Virus record (IMG/VR): IMGVR_UViG_3300031884_000002 | Location: 62,001-126,000 of that record | Length of the DNA: 64,000 nt | Direction: 5' to 3' (one strand) | In this document: positions 19,008-30,259 of the stretch, one piece after another | How the letters are laid out: each line of letters begins with the position of its first letter | How positions within the stretch are numbered: position 1 is the first letter of the stretch | The notes under the pieces: generated by a model | Database searches by the model: none | What the model saw: only the letters and a program-made list of their open reading frames with translations | Told to the model about the DNA's origin: nothing | Translations under genes and position numbers: made by a program

Positions 19008-19607
19008 TCATAATTTTTTATTATAATATTTTCGTCTATCATTTAATAAAACTTCCGATTCGTTATACCGATCTTTACAAAATAAAACTACTTTTTTACA
19101 AATAGAAACAAAATACTTTTCATCAAATATATTTTTAATTCTATTAACATCTTTATGTATCCACTGAATATTATTAGCAGTATAATCTTTATTGGAGTCA
19201 ATTCTATCTAATGATGCAGTCCATTCTTTATCTGTTCCATAAGCAGGAAATCTAATATCCATACCCGTTAAATTACACTTTTTCCCCTGTTTAATAAATA
19301 TTTCATATGCTAATTTTTTACTTATATTTAATTTTAAATTTCGTTTAGTGGCTCCGGTTTTAATTCTATTCCATACTTGGTCTGGCAAACCATCTGGGTA
19401 AATATCTTTTTTATGGCGGGCACAATATCCACACTGTTTACTATAACCTTTTGTTAAATAACAGGTAGGAACAGAAGAAGTTCTTCCACACTTACATTCA
19501 CATAACCAATATCTATCATGACTTCTTTTTTTATTAGTATTTAATTTTAAAACCTTCCAATTATTAAAAATTTTTCCAGTTAATTCATATTTTGGTGTTA
19601 ATTTCAT
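19008..19607 (-). CDS. HNH-like homing endonuclease
   Basis: WLCECKCG and CNLTG...ASLDRIDSNKDY..NNIQWIHKDVN..K; TATTTATA 3 nt before the ATG at 19607. Confidence 0.8.
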   Translation of the reverse strand: MKLTPKYELTGKIFNNWKVLKLNTNKKRSHDRYWLCECKCGRTSSVPTCYLTKGYSKQCGYCARHKKDIYPDGLPDQVWNRIKTGATKRNLKLNISKKLAYEIFIKQGKKCNLTGMDIRFPAYGTDKEWTASLDRIDSNKDYTANNIQWIHKDVNRIKNIFDEKYFVSICKKVVLFCKDRYNESEVLLNDRRKYYNKKL

Positions 19608-19667
19608 ATCTATAAATATAAACTCATTATACAAAAAAACATAATTTTAAATGTATAATGACATATA

Positions 19668-20309
19668 TTAATGATGATCAGCTTTAAATATTTGTTTTTT
19701 ATCGGCACACTTTTCAATTTCTCTAAACGAAATTGGAGTAGCCCATACATCCCATCCACAATCAATTTGCTTCATTCGCAAATCAGTCGGCAAAGTTAAA
19801 TCACAATTTCCGTGGCTATGTGATACTAATGATACGGCACCATTTGACATTTTATCAAATACATAATAAGGATAATGATTACATATAAACAATTTTCCAT
19901 TCCATATTAAATTGATATAATCACCTAAATATAAAATTTTATTTAACCATTCATATCCTACTACTTCATATCCAAATTTCTCAATACAATGATTATAATA
20001 TTCCTTTTCCCATGAATTATTATGATTACCTCGAATAAACCATAATTTAGGATTTATTCTTCCTATTAAATTATAAAATTTATCAATAGGAGTATTTAGA
20101 CAAAAATCTCCTAATATTAAAAGAGTATCCATAGGCTTACATGTAGTGTTTATTTTATCCAAAATGCCAGAAGTCATTTCATCTGCGGAATTATATCCCC
20201 GAGATTTCCAAATTGGAACTTCCCATCTTGGATCGTGGTTTAAATGAGGACAACCAGTAACGAATAAATTGCCATCATCTCCATCTTTAAATGTTAATGT
20301 TTTAATCAT
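19668..20309 (-). CDS. calcineurin-like phosphoesterase
   Basis: PHLNH, LGDF, RGNH, NHYP and SHSHG. Confidence 0.8.
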   Translation of the reverse strand: MIKTLTFKDGDDGNLFVTGCPHLNHDPRWEVPIWKSRGYNSADEMTSGILDKINTTCKPMDTLLILGDFCLNTPIDKFYNLIGRINPKLWFIRGNHNNSWEKEYYNHCIEKFGYEVVGYEWLNKILYLGDYINLIWNGKLFICNHYPYYVFDKMSNGAVSLVSHSHGNCDLTLPTDLRMKQIDCGWDVWATPISFREIEKCADKKQIFKADHH

Positions 20310-20944
20310 ATCTCTTTAATTATTGTATCCATTATGATACGCTTTATGCTTATATCGGTCTTTGTTTTTATTAAAAGGATTATTATAACCCCTGTTTAAT
20401 CGTTTATCATTCATTCCCTTACTCCACGCCTTACAAATCGCTTCTGATTCTTTACTCATAATTGATGTTTAATCTCGTCACGAATGGCATCAGAAACATT
20501 ATAATCATATGGATGTTCATGATGTTTAACAATTTTTAATGTTTCTTTTTTACATGCATCCCATGCCGTTTCCCAAATATATTTTGAGTCCATATTATAT
20601 GTAGGATTATCTAATTTGATTATCCATTTAGAATATGCTTTATCTAATTTTGATTTTTTCATATTATTTAGTATGTTTTATATTTCCACACATTTCACAT
20701 TGTAAATAGTAACGAGTTCCTTTTACTCTATCCATCACATCTACAAGATTAGTAATTTCAATTATTTTCCATTTGTGCTCGCATATATGCCAATTACCAG
20801 TAAATAAAAACTTTAATATTCTATACATAACATTATTCTAAATAATCATCTCGAAACTTAAGTAATTCTTCCAATGAGTTAATTTCTACAATATTTTCAC
20901 TATTATATCTATCTGATGCTTTGTTAATTATAAACTTCATAATA

Positions 20945-21262
20945 TTATTCTTTAATATGGTTATATACCCCGTTTGCCTTCTTTTTCCATTTTCGTTTTT
21001 TATTTATTTCCAGTTTTTGAATACAAAACTCAAGTAAATCATCCATCGTCCAACCTTTTCTCCAAGCGGCATCTAATAACAATAACATACAATCCGCCCA
21101 TTCCATTGTATCGGCTGGATTTTCGATTAATTCCACCACTTCTTCTTGTAAGTGTAGTAATGGAGCAATACAAGTCCTTTCTGATGGAGTGCCAAATGTT
21201 TCATTAGAAAACTTGGTTCTATCTTCTATAAACTTATTAAACTTTTTTAAATCGGTTAACAT
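20945..21262 (-). CDS. DUF550 / dATP-dGTP diphosphohydrolase-like (MazG fold)
   Basis: HLQEEVVEL...EWADCMLLLLDAAWRKG...KLEINKKR.W. Confidence 0.75.
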   Translation of the reverse strand: MLTDLKKFNKFIEDRTKFSNETFGTPSERTCIAPLLHLQEEVVELIENPADTMEWADCMLLLLDAAWRKGWTMDDLLEFCIQKLEINKKRKWKKKANGVYNHIKE

Positions 21263-22379
21263 ATTTTAATCAAACGTTTTATGAATTATACAATAAAATA
21301 TTCCAAGTAACATAGAAACAAATCCTGCCGCTTCTATTGCTTCTGTAGATTTCATTCTGATCGAAACTGCTCCACATACTATCCAAATTATAGTAATAAT
21401 AAACAACCAAGGATTAGTTAAAAATAAGTTCATAATTTATTACAGTAGTTATTACTTCCAAATAGTTTATCAAATAAACCAGTTTTTCCAAACACATCAT
21501 CGAATATAGGTAAAATATTATCTTTAAGTAAAATTGGTTTCACTACAGAACATTTTAAATTACAAAATGGACAAGTAAGATTGACTTTATCACTAATAGA
21601 ATAATATTCAGTGCGTGTCAAGTTTAAAAAACTTAAATCTTTTGATTCTAATTGAAATATGCATTGACAATTAGGACACCTGAATTGGTTGGTAGTCCAC
21701 CAAGTTTCAAGTTCTGATTTTGGATTTTTGGCAATTCCATCTTTAATAATTTTCATAATTTATTTTTCTATCATTTTCAAAATATCTTCTTTTAAATAAG
21801 AAATATCTTCATGCTGCCAATCTCCTTTAAATATATTATCCCTATATCTAATAAGTCCAAGAACCGATAAGCAAGCGGCATTCCAAGCATCTTTTACTTC
21901 GGGAGTATCTGAATAATAGTTCTCATAATATTTATCCTTCCATTTCTCATATTTCGATTTTTTCATAATTTATTTTTCTATCAAGTTTTCAATGTTATAT
22001 TCAATTATATCTAAATCTTCATGTTGAGGAAATCCTCGACATACTTTCATTACAGATTTAATCTCTTTTAACGCAGCTTCTATGGCAGCGTTCCAAGCAT
22101 ATTGGGATACGGGTAAATCTTGGGTATGTCCCAAGGGAGTAGTGAAAAATTTTTCACTCCATTTCTTATATTTCGACTGTTTCATAATTATTTAGCATAT
22201 TCCGAAAGAATATCGGATATTTGTTGACTAATTTCGTTTGGCACTTCATCTTCTAATTTCAAATCAGGAAAAGTGTCATTTACTATTAACAACATATATT
22301 CTGGATATACATCGTCTAATTCAAGATATATCTGGTCTATTAACGTCATATCCAAAGTATATCAGGAATAGATTAAATG

Positions 22380-22838
22380 TCAAGCTTTTACATACCACGA
22401 TGGAATATTACCAGATTTCCACTTAGCAAACGTCTTATCTTTAATATAAAACGTTTGATATGCAGTAACATAATCATTGTGTTTATATTCATCTGGCATA
22501 CATTGGAAATGAGAAGTTTGTGGTAAATTAGGTAAATTTATGGCTGAATAATTATTCAATATCCATGCCAATACTGCTTGTGATTTATGTATTCTATTAT
22601 ATCGTTTAGAATATTCATTAAATATTTCTCTACAATGTTCTATCAACCAATCATAATTTTTAATAGTTTCTCTTGTCCATTTAGAACAGGGATGATTATA
22701 ATGAGTTCTTTTATATGGAGCCACATCAAATGCATTACATAACATTTGACACGATTCCATTCCCATTTTAACTATATGTTTATCACATAGTTCTTGTGCC
22801 GCAATAATCGGAGATACGTTTACCGCAAATATATTCAT
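22380..22838 (-). CDS. pyrimidine-dimer glycosylase-like phage protein
   Basis: MNIF...CDKHIVKM..E..QML, YKRTHYNHPC..W and H.S. Confidence 0.75.
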   Translation of the reverse strand: MNIFAVNVSPIIAAQELCDKHIVKMGMESCQMLCNAFDVAPYKRTHYNHPCSKWTRETIKNYDWLIEHCREIFNEYSKRYNRIHKSQAVLAWILNNYSAINLPNLPQTSHFQCMPDEYKHNDYVTAYQTFYIKDKTFAKWKSGNIPSWYVKA

Positions 22839-22932
22839 TTTTCAAATTTTAACAGTTATACTCATAAAGTCAAGTAAATATTTTTGGAGTTTTTTCGGTG
22901 TTTTATTATTTTCAATGATATTTATAATGTAT

Positions 22933-23076
22933 ATGGGAAGAAAAAAAATATACATTACAGAGTCCGATAAGATTGCCGCTGCCAGAAAATGGAGAATGAA
23001 TTATTATTGGAAAAACCAAAAAAAAGAGCAAAAACGAAATCTTAAAAACTATTATGAAAGAAAAAGAACCAACTAA
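22933..23076 (+). CDS. basic peptide MGRKK-3 (47 aa) overlapping the HNH start
   Basis: MGRKKIYITESDKIAAARKWRMNYYWKN...; immediately after TATTTATA. Confidence 0.7.
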   Translation: MGRKKIYITESDKIAAARKWRMNYYWKNQKKEQKRNLKNYYERKRTN

Positions 23077-23851
23077 TTATTATAAAAGTTGTCCTAAATG
23101 TAATAAAATAATTTATTATAAACATCCTCAAACGTTACAAAATTCAATACAACATAATTGGAATTGTAGGAAATGTGTATTATTGGAAAGACGAGGACTA
23201 TACACAGAACAAGAAGAACAATTTTTAATAGATAATTATTCTAAACTGGGAAGAGACGAATGTGCTAAACGATTAAACAGAACTACATTTTCAATAGGAG
23301 TAAAAACCAGTAAAATGGGACTTATTATGACCCCACAGCCAAAAGATCCAATAAATAACCAAATATGTGGAAGATGTAATGTAGAATTAAACAAATCACA
23401 TTTTACAAAAGATAAACGACGAATAAATAAAATAGGTATTATGTGTAAAAAATGCATGTGGAAAGATAGACAACGACCCGATAAAAAATTAAACAAAAAG
23501 AAATATGATTTTAAATATAAACACATTAAAAAGAAAAGTCCAATTTTTAAATTAAGATGTAAAGTCAAAAAACGAATAATGGCAGCAATAAAATCCTCAA
23601 AACTTAAAAAGAGACATTCGATCATAGAATTATTGGGATGTTCTATTATAGATTTCCAAAAATATTTACAATCACAATTTAACTCAGGTATGACGTGGGA
23701 AAATTATGGTTTTCGAGGATGGCATATGGATCATAAAATACCATTATCATCCGCAAAAACACAAGAGGAACTCGAAAAACTATTTCATTATACAAATATA
23801 CAACCTCTATGGTGGTATGATAATTTAAGTAAAAAAAATAAAATATTATAA
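23054..23851 (+). CDS. HNH homing endonuclease
   Basis: LLGCS...MTWENYG..GWHMDHKIPL...HYTNIQPLW..DNLSK. Confidence 0.88.
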   Translation: MKEKEPTNYYKSCPKCNKIIYYKHPQTLQNSIQHNWNCRKCVLLERRGLYTEQEEQFLIDNYSKLGRDECAKRLNRTTFSIGVKTSKMGLIMTPQPKDPINNQICGRCNVELNKSHFTKDKRRINKIGIMCKKCMWKDRQRPDKKLNKKKYDFKYKHIKKKSPIFKLRCKVKKRIMAAIKSSKLKKRHSIIELLGCSIIDFQKYLQSQFNSGMTWENYGFRGWHMDHKIPLSSAKTQEELEKLFHYTNIQPLWWYDNLSKKNKIL

Positions 23852-24229
23852 ATTATTCTTAAAATTAAGAAGTGTGCAGTGAAACCCCCAAAAATTAGTA
23901 TCTATAATTTTCATCATATTTTTAATTTCCATTGCCTCTTCACATTTAACATTCATCCATACATTCTTTTTAGAAATAGTAATATTAGTAGGGTCATACT
24001 CAAACTCTATTCGTTTACCTTCCAAGTGTTTAATAGGGGAGATATCAATGTTTTTACCATGAATGTCAGGTAGATAAATAGAAATGTGTGCGCCATGCGC
24101 CGGAAGCTGAGATTTAACAGTATTCCAATTATACAGTTGAAATAATCGTTGATAATAACGAACAATGTCGTAAGAACAAATTATTCTTACGCCTTTCTCA
24201 ATCTGTAGTTTTCCTATGGATTTAAACAC
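23846..24229 (-). CDS. 2H phosphoesterase-like protein
   Basis: Two HxS/T motifs (AHISI and FHCTL) about 70 aa apart. Confidence 0.65.
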   Translation of the reverse strand: MFKSIGKLQIEKGVRIICSYDIVRYYQRLFQLYNWNTVKSQLPAHGAHISIYLPDIHGKNIDISPIKHLEGKRIEFEYDPTNITISKKNVWMNVKCEEAMEIKNMMKIIDTNFWGFHCTLLNFKNNL

Positions 24230-24269
24230 AATCTAAGTATATCGAAGTATATTTAGAAGTCAATAAAAA

Positions 24270-24510
24270 TTGAATGATGGTTAGCCGATATTCTATAATT
24301 ATGACTGACATTTATCTCATTATTGCTAATGGAAGTGTGCTAACAACTTCTGCTCCAACCTGTCCGCATAAGGAAACCGGCACCTTTGGACTTTTAGGAT
24401 TGCTACTTCCGTGGTATTGGCGAGTAATCTCTCCCACGTTAGGTTTGGTAGTATCGAACTTCTTCTAATTGAAGGCTTTACTTCAACCAGCGTCAATCTC
24501 CATCATTCAA
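24270..24510 (-). ncRNA. rnpB: RNase P RNA, minimal (241 nt)
   Basis: P1 UUGAAUGAUGG/CCAUCAUUCAA; P2 GAUUGAC/GUCAGUC; P3 10-bp hairpin; P4 AGU[U]CGAUA/UAUCGGCU with the bulged U; P5 ending in GGAGCA; P7 AACCU/AGGUU; P15 GAAGU/ACUUC; P18 CAUUA-GCAA-UAAUG; J18/2 AGAUAAAU; AUAGAA before P4 3'; TATTTATA immediately upstream and a U-tract downstream. Confidence 0.9.
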
Positions 24511-25515
24511 CTATAAATATATCATTTTTTATAGTAAATGTCAAGTGCTTTTGTGGCAAATCCAATTGCTTCTATTTTTGACATCCAACCGGCTTCAAAT
24601 GTTGTTCCATAATCTTCAATATAATTAAATAATCTCGTATTTGAAAAGTTTAAATTATCAAAATAATCAGTTTCATTATTCCATACTCCCATAGACCATG
24701 AAGACCCTCTGGCTCTAAAATAATACCATTTTCCATCCTTCAATGTTCCTTCTATTTGAACGGGACAATAACCTTGAGGCATTTCTAATTTATAAGGATT
24801 TTGAAACTTCCATACAAACCAAGTTTTCCATCTATCTATATAATTATTCAATTTTTTCATATGTTCCACTTGATATTTCTTTTTTAATAGAACGTCCAAA
24901 TAAATATCTAATCCAATAAGTTCCATTGGAAGTTTCAACTTTATAAACTCTTGCATTTTCTATAATCCAATAAGGACCAGTACAAACAGTTCTATATTCA
25001 ATAGAATTGATACTTATTTTATTATTTTCGGCCCATTTATGAATATCGGTATTATCACCATAATAGATAACAACAACCCAAATGATACATAACACAATAA
25101 AAGATACTAGTATAAATCCAGATTTCATTTATTCATTTCCTTCTCTGGATCACGTTACCAATTCCAAAACTCACAATTTTTCATAGGAACATAATTATAA
25201 ATCATATCAAATATTAGTTTGGCATCATCTATTGCTTTTCTTTTTTTAATAGAATCTCCATAAATAATATCTTCCAATAAACTTTTCAGTTCATCTCGTT
25301 CTTGTCTCAATTCAGATATAATCCGGTCCTTTGATGGTAATTCAATTTCTTTCATATTAAGTAAATAAATATTTTAAATGCGTGAATATTTGATATGTTA
25401 AAGCAGCCATCATTATCAACATTGCCAATGAAACTATACATAACATAGGAATCAATACTAAATAAACAAAACATTTCATAATCATACTTCAACTATATAG
25501 ATTACATTCTATTTG

Positions 25516-25971
25516 TCAAGTGTTTTTAACAAAACGTTTTACTCTTGCCTTTTGCCACCATTTTAAAACCTTACCGGCATATTTTGGTTCACTGCTACTG
25601 GCAGATTGAGGAATAACATTTTTAACTTTTAATGTATCCTCAACTTGTTGAAAATCCAAATATCCTAATTTTACAAATAAAGTAGGCTCTAATAACCATC
25701 CTTCATTCGTCACATTTACATCAAAAACTCCTTCTGGTTTTGATGCCATTACTTGTTCTTTTGTTTTATAAACTGTAAATACTTCTCCCAGTGCATAGGG
25801 AACAGCCGTAATACATTGTTCTATGGTTGGAGACACACATATTCTGGCTCCTAATGGTTCAGATGGAGTTCTATTAAATCCAGCTTCAAAATCTCTTGGT
25901 ATTAGAAGTTCTTCTTCTTTTTCAAGAGTAGTTGAAATATGATACCAATGCCGCTTTTTTGAATATAGCAT
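25516..25971 (-). CDS. possible ADP-ribosyltransferase-fold protein
   Basis: WYHIS...RICVSPTIEQC...TNEGW (H-S-E spacing). Confidence 0.35.
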   Translation of the reverse strand: MLYSKKRHWYHISTTLEKEEELLIPRDFEAGFNRTPSEPLGARICVSPTIEQCITAVPYALGEVFTVYKTKEQVMASKPEGVFDVNVTNEGWLLEPTLFVKLGYLDFQQVEDTLKVKNVIPQSASSSEPKYAGKVLKWWQKARVKRFVKNT

Positions 25972-27055
25972 AATTCATATTAACCCGCATTAAATGATTT
26001 TAATACAACTCCAGATTTAGCATCTGGCATAGCAGTTCCAATTAAAGTTGCTTTAATATTATTAGGAGTAGTCCAACTCCAACGTATCACGCTATGATAG
26101 GTTATTTCTATTTTTTTAGCATCCTCTTCATTTTCTGCAATTACAACTGTGGCATCATAATCATCATAACTCCATTTATCAGTTCGTTCAAGTAAATATA
26201 TATTCATAGTTTTACATTTTATATACTTCTAATTTCTTTTTAGATTTTATCACTTTTTGTATTTCTTTAATATTGGAAAATATCCAGTTTTTAGAATTAA
26301 CAGCATACTCCACTGAAGGATATACTCTATTCAAACTTCCTTCTAACCATTGACAATATATTTGTAATGCGTGTTTAGCCTTGTTACCAGTAACATTCCA
26401 ATCCACTTTTCCATTTAGTTGAACTAAACACATATTAGTTATCTGGGTAGGTGTCTGCTGTAACTCAACGTCAACTCCACCACTTCGACAATGTAAGTTC
26501 ATACTCATAATTTATTTTCCAATTTTAGAAGTTTCTTTAACAATCAAACCTCCAATAGAATTACATATGATATTATCCGGTATATTATTATTTTTAGCAT
26601 CGTTTAATATGACTAATAAATCACATACCAATGATAATCTTCCGACTTTATAACCTTCGTCATATCCAATTTCATATTTGGAACGGTTATCTTGCCAATC
26701 TGCTCCTCCTGATGGATTACTCATAATTGTTTATTAAATACTTTATCTATTTCATCAGATGCTTCTTTTAAGAGAATTATTGCTGCACTAACATAAGAAG
26801 TCACGCCATCTCTATTAGAAGGATGACATATTTGTTCGTTACACAGCATTTTGGCAATCATATACACTTCATATGGACTTGGTTTATTTGTTTGTTCTAT
26901 ATTATGGATTTGATTATTCATAATTGTTTTTTAACTATAATATTTGGAATCTCACATCCGGCCTCAATTCTATGTCTAATTTCTTTTACCATAGCATCAA
27001 AAAACTCAAGCCGAAGCCTAATTTTTTCTTTTTTAGATAATTTACGATTCATATA

Positions 27056-29002
27056 TTACAACATTTTCAACAACTCGTTCTGATCAATAATTTTTATACC
27101 ATTCTTCTTGGCTTTAATTGTTTTGGATGATTGACTATTTGGATCGGCTACTACCAAATAATCGATAGATTTAGAAAACGTGTCCGAATATCCATTTCCC
27201 GATTGTTCAATCAATTTATGATAATATTCTTTTTTCTCTGGGAAAGTTCCAGACAAAACAAAAATCAATGCTCCATCTTTAAGGGTAGATTTAGTGCTGG
27301 CAGAAATACTCAATCCATTCTTAATGAAACGAAGAATGTAATCTTTTTTCTTGATTAGTTCATCATTTATATTGGATGCTACATTTGGAAGAGATGATTC
27401 ATTAGCATATTTAATCAACGTGACGCCATCCAACCAATTAGTTAAAGAATCCATTTTACCCTTTAGGGATTCAATAACAATCGCTACACGCCTCTTTCCA
27501 AGAGAAGTTATTCCTAAACTTCCTAAAAATTCATTCAATGGAAGTTTTCTTTTTTTCTCAATTTCTTCAATCAATTTCACAGCACGTTTTTCTCCAAATC
27601 GGGTTCCTTTATCAAGGATTAAATCGGCCAATTCATTTTCTTTATTTTTCAATAAATATAAATCTGCTGCCGATTCAATAAGTTTATTCTTTAATAATGC
27701 TTCAATTACCGATGTCCCAATTCCTTGGATATCCGTCGATTTTACAAACTTTTCCACTTTGCCAACAATCTGTGCGTCACAATCTGAATTTACACAATAA
27801 ATATTGACACTATCATCCCCATTTACATTAGACCTTTTTTCTAATTTTCCATTACAAATGGGACAATGTGTAGGAGTTATAATTTTAATTCTATTTTTTG
27901 CCGGTTTTAAAACTTGACTTATATTTGGAATGATATCATTACATTTTATAATTTCAATTTCATCATTGATATATAAATCAAGACGTTCAATTTCATCATA
28001 ATTATGAAGAGTTGGACTTTCAATAGTAGCTCCACCAATTTGACAAGGAGCAATGGTTGCTACAGGACAAATCTGACCTGAAGCCCCCACTTGAACCTTT
28101 ACGGCTAAAAGTTTAGATGTTGCTTTTTCTGCTTTAAACTTTATAGCAATAGAAGATTTTGGTCTGTTGTTAGAATCTCCTAATTTAGATTGAAGTTCAA
28201 TTGAATTAGCACAACAAATAATACCATCCAACCAATAATTTATTTTAGGTCTAATAATTGCTGTTTTTTCATACCACTCCCACACTTCATCCAAAGTTCC
28301 GACAAAATGTTCTACGACATTAAATCCTAGTTCTTTTAATTTTTTAAAAGCCTCTTCTTCGGTATTTCCGATGGGATTTCCATTTATATCATATAATTTA
28401 AAAGCATAAAAAGTCAAATGTTCGGAATCTTCTCCCGATTTTCGTCGAGCAAGGGAAGTCAAATTACGAGGATTCGACGATTTATTAGAATCAACCTTAT
28501 CCCAATCATCAACATTCAATACAATTTCTCCACGAACAAACCCACTAAAATTATGATTCGTAGATTTAGGAATACCTTTAAACAACAATGCGTTTTGAAA
28601 TAACCGTTCTCCAATTATTCCATCTCCTCTGCTTACGGCATCTACCAATTTATCATTTTTAAAAGTAAGACTTATAGACATTCCATCCATTTTATGGCTT
28701 GCTATAAACTTTTCATTTTTAGAAACTCCGGATTTTAATAAATTATTTTTAATCCAATTATCAAACTCTACACGGTCAACTGCCTTATCCTGTGAACCCA
28801 TTGGTATTTCATGTTTTACTTTTGATAAAATCGTGCCGCCAACATCAAATCCAACTCTTTTCAAGCGAATATCATTGGGATTTAATTTTTTTAATTCATC
28901 AATCCATCCATCATATACACTATCATCTACGATTGCTACACCAATCGTATAATAGGCGTAAGCCGCCTTATCTATTTTCTTCTGTAATTCTAACAATGTC
29001 AT
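27056..29002 (-). CDS. ligA: NAD-dependent DNA ligase
   Basis: KMDG adenylation motif, SRGDG, VRGE, NPRN, DGI, AIKF, Zn finger and C-terminal BRCT. Confidence 0.96.
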   Translation of the reverse strand: MTLLELQKKIDKAAYAYYTIGVAIVDDSVYDGWIDELKKLNPNDIRLKRVGFDVGGTILSKVKHEIPMGSQDKAVDRVEFDNWIKNNLLKSGVSKNEKFIASHKMDGMSISLTFKNDKLVDAVSRGDGIIGERLFQNALLFKGIPKSTNHNFSGFVRGEIVLNVDDWDKVDSNKSSNPRNLTSLARRKSGEDSEHLTFYAFKLYDINGNPIGNTEEEAFKKLKELGFNVVEHFVGTLDEVWEWYEKTAIIRPKINYWLDGIICCANSIELQSKLGDSNNRPKSSIAIKFKAEKATSKLLAVKVQVGASGQICPVATIAPCQIGGATIESPTLHNYDEIERLDLYINDEIEIIKCNDIIPNISQVLKPAKNRIKIITPTHCPICNGKLEKRSNVNGDDSVNIYCVNSDCDAQIVGKVEKFVKSTDIQGIGTSVIEALLKNKLIESAADLYLLKNKENELADLILDKGTRFGEKRAVKLIEEIEKKRKLPLNEFLGSLGITSLGKRRVAIVIESLKGKMDSLTNWLDGVTLIKYANESSLPNVASNINDELIKKKDYILRFIKNGLSISASTKSTLKDGALIFVLSGTFPEKKEYYHKLIEQSGNGYSDTFSKSIDYLVVADPNSQSSKTIKAKKNGIKIIDQNELLKML

Positions 29003-29237
29003 AATGCTATGAGTATAGCGATATAGTTTTAAAAGTCAAGAGTTAAAAATATTGTCACTTTTTTGTTCTTTTTTAATTTCCATACATTATGATAAATGTA
29101 AATAAAAATGATTTCATATTATTATTTTTTATATTCTAAAACTTCTACATTAGCATTTTCAAAATTTTCAAAATACCCATGCCAAGTTCCAGTATAAACA
29201 TCTTCGATTATTCCGCTTGATAATTTAACTTTTATAA

Positions 29238-30242
29238 TGTTATTATAAAATTAAAGAATTATTTCCAACTCTCCCATCTCAATTTATTATAAAAATGGAG
29301 CAAGATGTTATTTCAACGTATAAATCCATAAAATCTAATAAACATAAACTGGAGTTTCCGGCTATTAAAAAATCATTATCCATTCAACTTGACAAGCGTA
29401 TCTATAAGTGGATAGACAGGAACCATATAAAAATCACCACTCTAAATAAACAAGCAATCTGTTCTTTTAATGCTTATAATAAATTAAAAGAGATGGACTT
29501 TTCTAAATTAAAAGACCCAAAATTGTTTTATAAAAATAAACAATTTTACTTGTCCTTGATATTTGATGATAATAAACAATTTACTGATAATAACAAAGTA
29601 TTAGGAATTGACTTAGGATTAAAACGAATAGCAACATTAAGCAATGGAATTATATTCAAAGGAAACGAGTTTAACAAACATAAACGTAAAATTAGATGGA
29701 ATAAACGTAAATTACAATCCAAGAAAAATAATTCTCATTCTGCTCGTAAAAAATTAAAATCATTAAGAAGAAAAGAAACCAATTTTAGTAAAAATTACAT
29801 ACATAATTTAACAAAAAATATAATTATAAATAATAAAGAAAATATTTTAGTAATCGAAGATTTAAGTAAAATTAAAGTTAAGAACAAAGGAAAGAGATTT
29901 AACAATCGGTTAAGTCAATTACCATTTTTTAATTTTAGAACCATACTAACATACAAGGCACAACTATATGGAAAAATAGTTGAAACGGTTAACCCTGCTT
30001 ACACCAGTCAAATAGACCATAGAGGATTGACAAGTGGAACACGTAGAGGATGTAGATATTATGGTTCAGACGGAACAATGTTAGATGCCGATGTAAATGC
30101 GGCACTAAATATTGGAAATCGGTATAAAGATAATAAATCTTTAACCAAACACTCCATTTCGTGCTGTAAAGTACTTGATGGACAGGTGAACGTCAACTCA
30201 CCAATCGTCTCTATCAGTCAGAGGCAAGCACCGACCCTTTAG
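29238..30242 (+). pseudogene. tnpB: 5'-truncated TnpB (IS200/IS605 family)
   Basis: GIDLG, IEDL, YTSQ and DADVNAALNI. Homology to the 46660 TnpB extends upstream of the ATG at 29295 (CYYKIKELFPTLPSQ) to a TAA at 29235, so about 45 N-terminal aa are missing. Confidence 0.8.
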
Positions 30243-30259
30243 GGTCGTGTGTTATTGAC
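30224..30259 (+). mobile_element. IS200/IS605 right end (hairpin + TGAC)
   Basis: CAAG-caccgaccctttagggtcgtgtg-ttatTGAC, similar to the end at 46644. Confidence 0.8.

Noticed and set aside
24274-24468. 64-aa plus-strand ORF
   Set aside because: It is antisense to the RNase P RNA, whose structure explains the higher GC and the lack of stops.
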